From assembly GCA_937625935.1 (NCBI GenBank), contig OW569354.1, positions 523,988 to 587,987 on the forward strand: a DNA stretch of 64,000 nucleotides, given 5' to 3'. The notes under the pieces are model-generated. The model searched no databases. It was not told the DNA's origin and saw only the letters and a list, made by a program, of their open reading frames with translations. A program made the translations under genes and the position numbers. This stretch comes from Tetramitus jugosus (Eukaryota; Protista; Heterolobosea). Shown in pieces: positions 55,485 to 64,000 of the stretch; within the stretch, counting starts at the first letter, position 1; the number at the start of each line of letters is the position of its first letter.

Positions 55485-56357
55485 CTAATAATTGTAGGGT
55501 TGCTGTGGTGCAGTGCCGAACTGTGGTGCAGTGCCGAACTGTGGTGGATTATGATTTCGTACAGTCATATCTTGCATCTGGATTGTCTGTTGGGGATACA
55601 TTAAAGAAGTGTCATGAGGCTGGAGTGTTATAGCATTGGGTGTTGATTGTCTGGAATTAGCCACATTAGCCTCTAGTGCTCCCAATTTGTACCACATCTG
55701 GCTCATTGAGTTAACAAGTGCAGGATCTACATTGGAATTGGATGGAGGTGGAACATTGACAACAATTGAATTGTTGTTATTGGCATTGGATGTGGAAGTT
55801 GCTGCAGCGGAGCTACTGACAGTTGCAGCCATGACGACTGGTCGTTTTCTCCTTTGTCCACAGATACACAGTATGATACATGGGATGCAAATACAACACA
55901 GACATGCAATTGGACCAAGTACATACAAAGCTATTATACCTCCGGCTCCTGCTGCAGTAACCTTTTGATTGGTGTCAGAGTTTGTTGAAGTTGAGGCAGA
56001 TAGAGTAAATTCAGATGTGCTGGTCTGTCCTTCGTTCACTACTAGAATATACCAAGTGATAGAGCTGTACGAGTATGATATTTTGAAGCTTCCCTCACCT
56101 TTGTCCAAGTAGTATTTGTGGTAGGAGGTTGTTGGTTGTTGGTCGGCTAGGAAGTAACTCATATAGTTAGTACTGGTGGTATTCTCACTTAAGGAGAATG
56201 TGACATCTGTATAAGATGGAACAGTGATGTAATAGCTGACTGACTCTCCGATACCTAACACCTGCTTCTGAGGTACACCATTCTGCAGCTGCTCCAGTCC
56301 CATTAGACACTCGAAAGTAGTTAGTACTACCAGAAATGCAATTACAAGTTTCATCAT
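55485..56357 (-). CDS. Type I membrane surface protein with Cys-rich juxtamembrane segment
   Basis: Signal peptide, beta-rich ectodomain, TM with CLCCICIPC, 18-bp tandem repeat encoding (APQFGT)n in the tail. Confidence 0.7.
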   Translation of the reverse strand: MMKLVIAFLVVLTTFECLMGLEQLQNGVPQKQVLGIGESVSYYITVPSYTDVTFSLSENTTSTNYMSYFLADQQPTTSYHKYYLDKGEGSFKISYSYSSITWYILVVNEGQTSTSEFTLSASTSTNSDTNQKVTAAGAGGIIALYVLGPIACLCCICIPCIILCICGQRRKRPVVMAATVSSSAAATSTSNANNNNSIVVNVPPPSNSNVDPALVNSMSQMWYKLGALEANVANSRQSTPNAITLQPHDTSLMYPQQTIQMQDMTVRNHNPPQFGTAPQFGTAPQQPYNY

Positions 56358-56849
56358 GTTATGTTACGTTAGTTGTGTTGTTGTTGTTGTTGTTGTGAAG
56401 GTTGTTGTGACGGTTGTTGTGATGGTTGTGAAGGACTTTGGCGAATTGATGTTTGACAGGTGTTCGGTGAAAGCAATGACAAGGTCGTAAAAGGCAAGAA
56501 ATTGGGATTAATTTTTTCTCCTCAAAAACACCATCACATTCGCACCGTGTAACGTCAATTCCGAATTTAGTTGTCTTTAGTTGTGCCCAACAAACAGTGG
56601 AAGACAGTAAGCTACTGGGGTCTGCACATTCAAATAATGATCAGAGAATTATGCAATTAATTTAGGACGATCTGGTATGAGTAATGGGTGTGGGTTTATT
56701 AGTGGATAATGACACCCATGATCCATAAACCATTTTACGAGATCCAAATTGCCAAGCAATGCAGTCTCTCTTTTGTGATGTCTCGTCTTGTGGGCAAAAA
56801 GTGTCTGTCTTGAAGCAGCCACTCCAACAGTTGAATCGCTCCTATTTTG

Positions 56850-57062
56850 ATGACAGATCAAGCTGATAGTTCCAAGAAGTGTTTGTGTCCAGTGGGAACT
56901 GATGGCTGTAACGGAGCTTGCTTCAATAGTAGTGTGCACGTTTGTTCAAATGGCTCATTGTGTCCATTGGGAACTACCAGATGTGGTCAAAGTTGCTTCA
57001 GATCAGATCAGTACAGAAGCTGCAATGCTAGTGTGATTGTTCCAGTTGGCCAATCGGGTTAA
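56850..57062 (+). pseudogene. Cys-rich carbohydrate-binding-module-like fragment (CBM52/Eng1-type repeats)
   Basis: CLCP...CNGACFNSSVHVC.NGSLCP..TTRCGQSCF..DQY; no signal peptide or upstream exon identified. Confidence 0.4.
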
Positions 57063-57442
57063 ATACAATTTATAAACGGTTTTTAGATGATAACAACATG
57101 TCCTGCAACTCTTGGATAGAGATTGACTTCCTCATCTCTGCTTGAAGATCGAGCAACACCCCAAAAGCAACACTTCACCATTACTGCTGATCCATATGAA
57201 TGAGAGTCATGATTCAATAATGGCTGGTAGATGTTTGCGTCTGCTAATGATATCATGAGAAAGAGTGTTTTAATACTTATTTGATTAATTATGAGCCAAA
57301 TTCGAACTCTCTGGAATATAGAACTGATAATTCTTGATTTTCTTCACGAGCTTGTAATCAGTATTGGAGATATCTTTCAACAATTGAATATTACTATCTT
57401 CAATGACTAGTGCTGTTTGAAATCTTAATTCCTGTATTGATT

Positions 57443-58476
57443 TCAGCTCATGACCTTCTCCGTTAGCTTCTTGACGACATCATGGAATTTGTCCACTGTA
57501 AAATCAAACCAGTCTGAGCTGTATCCATCAATTAGTGTGATCAGACACTCCCCGAGATCGGATACACTCAAATGTTGAAGATCAAGCGCTTTGTGGGCCC
57601 TGTTGATGTTGGCAGTAAACTCGGCCATGTCACCATCAGCCATGTCACCATAATGGGACGAATACAACTCTATCTCCTCACACTCTTCATCAGAGCAAGA
57701 TTTTTCATCATATGATGCATTGCATGGAAGATCATCGATGAACACTTGAATATCATCAGTCAACTTTTCCATCTGGCTCATTGACAGCTCTAATTCCGCT
57801 TCAAACGATAACGAAGCTCCAGAGGGACTCACCAAAGTAATGGACATGCTCTCTTCTACGGTCACGTACTCATATCTCTCAGATTCATCCATTGGTTCAC
57901 TGCAATTTACCTTTGCAAGCTGAACAATAATTCAATAGTTCATATAAGCACTGGGATCACATCAAAAATAAACACACTACTTACTGATAGAATGAATAGC
58001 TTCTCTAATGTTCTATCAATGTCAGGTTGAGCATTCACCTGTGGTACAGACAGTTCTCTCTGTATCCATTCCTTGACTTTCGTATGTCTCTCTATCAAGA
58101 CCATTTGGGATTGTACTTGATCAGAGTCTTCTAGATTTGAATGCAATTGTGTTGGCAATGTGAACTGTTCAACTCTGTCTCTGTAGAATTGTTTCCAGTC
58201 ATCATCTGGAACAAGTGCTTCTCTGTCATACGTAATCTTGTTCAATACGGGCCATGCAATACAACAGAGACTCTTCCATAACTTCTGTCTCATTGCTACT
58301 TGATTCCATTGTTTGCATACAAGAGTGAAGGTTGTGACAAGTTCTATTGTTGGTGGTGCTGATGAAGCAAATGTGAATATGACACACAGACAGTCGTCAG
58401 GAATGTTGAATGCATGTTCATTCACTACACGTGCGTGTTTTGCATGCTGAATCTTACTACTGCGTCTTCTCTTCAT
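57443..58476 (-). CDS. F-box protein (exons 58476-57985, 57919-57443)
   Basis: IPDDCLCVIFTF...LVCKQW...LWKSLC...DWKQFY F-box pattern; phase-0 GTAAGT...CAG intron joins the two ORFs in frame. Confidence 0.75.
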
Positions 58477-61198
58477 TGAGGTTGTTTTGTTTTTTGACAC
58501 ATCACAACAAAAATTGTAAGTGCGAATTCTCACACAAAAAAAAAATGCATCCACCCAATAAACAAAAATAAAAAAAAACAAAAAACTGTTCCATTTTCAC
58601 AAATCGAACTCAAATTTATTTCAAATTGTATTTTCAAATTCATCAACTTTCTCACAATCAACCACAGTGAATTCAGTCAGAACGTCAAAGTCCTTCTGTC
58701 TCTCCAAAGTTATCTCATGTTCGCTTTCGACATACGAAAGGATAACATCATCACCAACAATATCTCGTGCTTCATTAACCAATTCTTCGAAATAGTACAA
58801 AGAACCTTCCATTTTTAGCCTGATATCGAAGAAGTAAACATTTGCTTTCAGTGTTATCATCAATATACCATATATTCTGCACGATCTTTCAAGCTCACCA
58901 GATTATTCAAAAAGAATAATGTAGAATGGATAGACTCTCTGATTTGAGGGAAATACAATATATGTCACGGATCAGTTGAAAGAGATTCCGAAATATTTCA
59001 GTTCAAATTGTATCTGGATGAATGTTACTTGAAGGGCAAAACTCTGGAAAGGGCAAATATAATGTTCACCTTATGTTCTTGTATAGTATTACAGTCAAAG
59101 AATCTGTTTACAATCTCTTCGTCTCTCTTCTTATCGTTCGACAATCCAATAGAAGAATTATCCTCAATTACTAGGGACGGTATAATACCGCTTTAGCTGA
59201 GTAACTTGGTTGTACATGCGAATCAGATGAAATTCTCAATTCGCGCAATTGTGGAGACCACTCCTTCATCATAAGTTGACTCATGGTTGTGCATTTGTAG
59301 GACGAGACTAGCAGGCAGATCGGATTTATCTATTACTTGATCTGCAAATATCACTAAAGTAGTTTGATCACCATATAGGCTCGACAAGATGAGTCAGTAC
59401 ATCTTGAAGTGAAGAACAACCGATGGTTCAGGGCAATTTGAATTTGAGAATCATCAGAATGTTCATCATTATCTTGGTTATCATAAGCTAAAGTTAACTA
59501 ATCATTAACATCTTTGTATGATCTCTCTACCGGAGCGTAGTCCATAAATTCATCATCAGATGGAGCTGATCTTGTCTGCTTAGACTTAGATGTCTTCACA
59601 ACATGACTTGATCTGCTATCATCATCTACGTAATCAGTTTCACTGCGGTAAAGTTCTTTCTTCTTCTGTGATTCATCTATTGACTCATAATCACTAAGAT
59701 CAGTCTGCTTCCGATTGGTTGCTGTCTTGACAGTGTCCTTCTGAACTGCTCGCTGTGTGGTTTTCTTCCTCTTCTTAGGTTTCTGTGCCTTCTCCTTGGT
59801 TCTGGCAATCAACAGAACAACAATCTTATCAATCACTGCTGCATAATGTCTGTATGTACCATCTGATCTTGGATTCATTGCAGCAATATATGCATGCTGC
59901 ACGTGCCAACAACATCACTATGTTCCTTCCTATCTTCTTCACTGGCGGAGCAGATGAGGAAGGTTTCGGATTACTTTGTTGCATGTCCCAAGATGGAGCA
60001 TTGATAGCACTCTATGGCAACATCCACAGTGTTGCGGTGGCTACGTGTGACTATGCATCCAAAAGTAAGTTTTATGAAATTGTAAATTTAAAAGGATTAA
60101 AAACTTCATTCAAAAAACTTGGCTGATTAAAGTGATTGGGAAAATATCCTTGGCATTATGAAAATTATGAACAGGTGAAATCAATTTCGATGTAGACTCA
60201 AGGGTGTCAACCAACTTAGAGAGTCTGTCTATATCAGACTTAACTTTCTCTTCCAATTCTTTCTGCGAAATTACTCCTTAACTAGAGTGAGAACAACTAT
60301 CAGAGTTTTGCCGGACTTCTCTACTGTTTGTAGGTGGTATATTCTGTTGTTCAGCTCCAGTTGTAAGTATTGGTACTGCATCATCAGTGTTGTTTGACTC
60401 TCAATTGACCAAATGATTACACTATAATATGATCACTAGCTATCATCACTAGCTATCATTCATGACTTCAGGAAGCATAATTGCTTTGGGATTAGATTGT
60501 GTATGACTCGAATAGCCCATCTATAGTTGCATCAGGTTGGGTTTGGGACATGTTATGCCAGTCTGAACCGAGGCTTAGTTATCATTGCGCTGGCAGCGTT
60601 AGCTGACAGCGCTGAAAAAAAAATGAAAATTTTGATTTTGTGATCATTGCACTGGCAGCGCAGCTGACAGTGCTGAACCGATATAAAAAATCGTAACTTT
60701 TGGCTTGATTGAAATATTTTCATTGTTTATTAGTATCAAATATCTCCATCACTGTCTGATTCATATTGTAGATGAGCGAACTTTACCTTGAGCCTTTCCT
60801 TTTCCTTGCTGTATTTTTCTTCTGCTCTCTGAATTTGGACTTCCCGTTTTCTCTTCAGGTTGTTACACATTAGTCTAAAGTTGCCGTAGGATAGATTAGT
60901 TGTGTCACAAGCAACCTTGTTCTTTTCTTTTTCAGACTTTGGGAGTGACGATAATGTTTTCAGGGTTGGATTTGGGTTTGGGTCTGTCTTGTTGTTAAGG
61001 AAAACCCGAGAATTTTGCTGTATTTGGTATCAGAGCGTTGAAATTTACAGTTTAGTGTAAAAAAAAAAAATTGAGTTCGGTTGAGTTGTGGCTTATAGGT
61101 TGAGGGAGTAAAAAGGAGATATTGAGGTTCAACGAACTGGGAGGTTCACGGTCCAGGACCGTGAAATGATTTCCTGTATTTCATCTCAGGTCATTTGT

Positions 61199-61336
61199 CA
61201 GTGGAGCTTTTTGGATCCAGCAAAGAATTTCGACCAATGAGCGAAGTGATTACAACGAATTCAGAAGGAATACAATACAGCAACATGAATATAACAGAAG
61301 ACTTGTGAAGGAGTTCAACCTGAAATACAATGGCAG
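61199..61336. repeat. Subtelomeric ~135-bp duplicated block, copy A
   Basis: Aligns by eye with 62850-62985 (CAGTGGAGCTTTTTGG...TTTCGACCAATGAG...GAAGGAGTTCAA..TGAAATACAATGGCAG). Confidence 0.85.
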
Positions 61337-62464
61337 TCAATAGTTAACTATATTTTGTCTTGATCATGATCTGTGACTACTAATTACGATTTATAGATAC
61401 GCCGCAACCTGATTTTTAAGTAGTTTGATTTGATGTCTTTCTGATCTATCTGTACTAAAGTGCAAGTGCTTCTGTTGAAAAGCAGATTTCGGTTGCATCG
61501 ACCTCCAACCAGCATATAAACCCAAATCCCACTCTTTTTTACTTTTTGATTGTATATCTACAGAATAGGTCGTAGGGGACTCTGTAGTCATTCAATGAAT
61601 CTTCAATTGAATCTCTGTTGAATCGCGAACTAATTATGTCAAAAGTACATTTAGGGTTGACTTCTCCTCCAACGAGTGTATAAGCCCTTACCCAACCTTT
61701 TGTCTTTTTGACTGTTCAGGACTCAGAGCCTTTCTACGTCCTAATTATCATACATGTTCGTAATCTATTGGTTCTGAAGTTATTTACATTGAGAATGCCT
61801 GTCAGAGGTTCAATCTGTATCCAACCATCTTATAAACCCTTGCCCAACCTCAATTTTATGTCATGATTGGTGCAAGAGTGAAGTGAACATAGATTCTCTG
61901 CTACCGAGAGTGTTCTTAAGCCTCCTACTATGCTTTACAAGAGTAAGTCCATGATTTGTTACAATTTCATTCTCCTGCAGCATGCAACAGTTCCGAGATG
62001 ATATTGAACCAAAAACACAAGTAATCAACCAGGTATTAACATGAATCATGATACATAAACTTCAAACTACGAGGTAAATGACTCAATAGTTGAATAAAGA
62101 CATTTCAAAGTCAGCACAGAAGTCTTGATTACACACCAATCCGCGGAAGAAGAAATTCAGCGCTGGCAACAATAGTTAAGAAGTATCATGAAGTGAATCA
62201 CAATAGAAAAACATGTTATCTACTTATGCTATTGTAAAGAATCAAAAAACATTACAGAACGATGGAGGGTGCAAGGCACGAAGGTATTTTGATGTACAAA
62301 AGAGCATAAAGCCGAATCTCTTATGCACTGATCGAAGTGAACCAACATACTCATTAAACATAGATAAAGAAGGTGAATCTTCGAAATCTGGATGAAAAAT
62401 AGACAGATAAATGTGTTGGTAAACCTTTTGAATTTTTAGGTAGGAAAAAAAAATTTAATGTCGA

Positions 62465-62496
62465 TTTGGGTTTGGGTTTGGGTTTGGGTTTGGGTT
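62465..62496 (+). repeat. Interstitial telomeric repeat (TTTGGG)5
   Basis: Five perfect units about 660 bp proximal to the terminal array, same orientation. Confidence 0.9.
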
Positions 62497-62676
62497 GTGA
62501 CATAAAGACAAACCAATATTGTATAACCCAAACCCGTAGTTGGATGAAATAGTACTCATCGTGTTTGTCATGCTCTGAAACCCTCAAACTAAGCTTATCA
62601 ATAAAAAATATGTTGTTGTTGTTGAACTGTTCTGCAAAGTACATGTATCCAGTTGGGTTTCAAGTTGGGTTTCCAG

Positions 62677-62870
62677 TGGAGCTAAAAAGCTCCACCTAAA
62701 ATTACTAAGGAACTTTTCTTGTGTGACTGAGCTTTTTTCTGGTGGAGCTTTTTGGCTCTGCCTAATTTTGTTGGTGGAGCTTTGTTCTGATAGGTAGAGT
62801 TTTTCTGGTGGAGCTTTTTGGCTCCACCTGTTCTTCTCAGGCCAATGGCCAGTGGAGCTTTTTGGCTCCA
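62677..62870. repeat. Cluster of TGGAGC-N6-GCTCCA palindromic motifs
   Basis: Copies at 62677, 62743 (imperfect), 62775 (half), 62809 and 62853; related copy at 61202. Confidence 0.8.
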
Positions 62871-62985
62871 GTAAAATTTCGACCAATGAGGAAAGTGATT
62901 GTAACGGATTAAGAAGGAATACAACACACCTACATGTATATGACCGTAGATTTATGAAGGAGTTCAATGTGAAATACAATGGCAG
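62850..62985. repeat. Subtelomeric ~135-bp duplicated block, copy B
   Basis: Diverged direct copy of 61199-61336. Confidence 0.85.
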
Positions 62986-63155
62986 GAGCACTCTGCCGAG
63001 GGTGGGACAACGAGTAAATAACTGTATGTTTCAAGATGTAGTACTAGCAAGGAAGAAGGAATACAATACAAGATTACAATGGTTGACATTGTATTCCTGC
63101 ATAAAAATGGATTTCAAGATGGTTTTGTGGTTTTGATGAGAAAGTGGATTTTGAC

Positions 63156-64000
63156 TTGGGTTTGGGTTTGGGTTTGGGTTTGGGTTTGGGTTTGGGTTTG
63201 GGTTTGGGTTTGGGTTTGGGTTTGGGTTTGGGTTTGGGTTTGGGTTTGGGTTTGGGTTTGGGTTTGGGTTTGGGTTTGGGTTTGGGTTTGGGTTTGGGTT
63301 TGGGTTTGGGTTTGGGTTTGGGTTTGGGTTTGGGTTTGGGTTTGGGTTTGGGTTTGGGTTTGGGTTTGGGTTTGGGTTTGGGTTTGGGTTTGGGTTTGGG
63401 TTTGGGTTTGGGTTTGGGTTTGGGTTTGGGTTTGGGTTTGGGTTTGGGTTTGGGTTTGGGTTTGGGTTTGGGTTTGGGTTTGGGTTTGGGTTTGGGTTTG
63501 GGTTTGGGTTTGGGTTTGGGTTTGGGTTTGGGTTTGGGTTTGGGTTTGGGTTTGGGTTTGGGTTTGGGTTTGGGTTTGGGTTTGGGTTTGGGTTTGGGTT
63601 TGGGTTTGGGTTTGGGTTTGGGTTTGGGTTTGGGTTTGGGTTTGGGTTTGGGTTTGGGTTTGGGTTTGGGTTTGGGTTTGGGTTTGGGTTTGGGTTTGGG
63701 TTTGGGTTTGGGTTTGGGTTTGGGTTTGGGTTTGGGTTTGGGTTTGGGTTTGGGTTTGGGTTTGGGTTTGGGTTTGGGTTTGGGTTTGGGTTTGGGTTTG
63801 GGTTTGGGTTTGGGTTTGGGTTTGGGTTTGGGTTTGGGTTTGGGTTTGGGTTTGGGTTTGGGTTTGGGTTTGGGTTTGGGTTTGGGTTTGGGTTTGGGTT
63901 TGGGTTTGGTTTGGTTGGGTTGGGTTTGGGTTTGGGTTTGGGTTTGGGTTTGGGTTTGGGTTTGGGTTTGGGTTTGGGTTTGGGTTGGGTTTGGGTTTGG
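63156..64000 (+). repeat. Telomere (TTTGGG)n
   Basis: About 845 bp of TTTGGG units, G-rich strand running 5'->3' to the window end; a few variant units distally. Confidence 0.98.

Noticed and set aside
61059-61070. A12 run as the tail of another retroposon
   Set aside because: No target-site duplication found and it lacks the GCAAC...TTGTTGTAT end motif.
63156-64000. Ciliate (Paramecium-like) origin suggested by TTTGGG repeats
   Set aside because: Long genes translate with the standard code and terminate at TAA/TAG, and the resolved introns are about 65-190 nt, unlike Paramecium.

Overview
Eukaryotic chromosome end from a compact, intron-poor protist genome that uses the standard genetic code. 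The gene content (RWP-RK, F-box, RCC1, SFI1, TMEM231) and the TTTGGG telomere suggest a heterolobosean, Naegleria-like amoeboflagellate; this is inference. Bases 1-52 kb hold about 25 protein genes, including cathepsin X, SFI1, GLRX3, TANGO6, uL3m, an ATP-grasp ligase, HSBP1, BORCS8, a subtilisin, TMEM231, DDX51, RPL17, AFG1, a SPRY-ankyrin protein and bL36m. There are also three tRNA genes (Ala-AGC, Ser-GCT, Phe-GAA) and one dispersed 5S rRNA gene. A transposon-rich island lies at about 17.9-26 kb. From about 52 kb the sequence becomes a decayed subtelomere ending in (TTTGGG)n at 63156-64000. The standout feature is two nested poly(A)-tailed retroposons inserted head-to-head 44 and 56 nt upstream of the tRNA-Ser gene. 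Each has its own target-site duplication (15 bp for the inner element, 11-15 bp for the outer), and both share a 3' terminal stem motif. This looks like a tRNA-gene-targeted non-LTR retrotransposon system analogous to Dictyostelium TRE5. No RT domain is present in the window. Other oddities: a solo bacterial-type minimal nucleotidyltransferase with a degenerate active site, a PIF/Harbinger-type MITE pair, a subtelomeric 58-bp repeat/variable-spacer array, a shortened 5S rRNA and a truncated CHD helicase with a broken Walker A motif.
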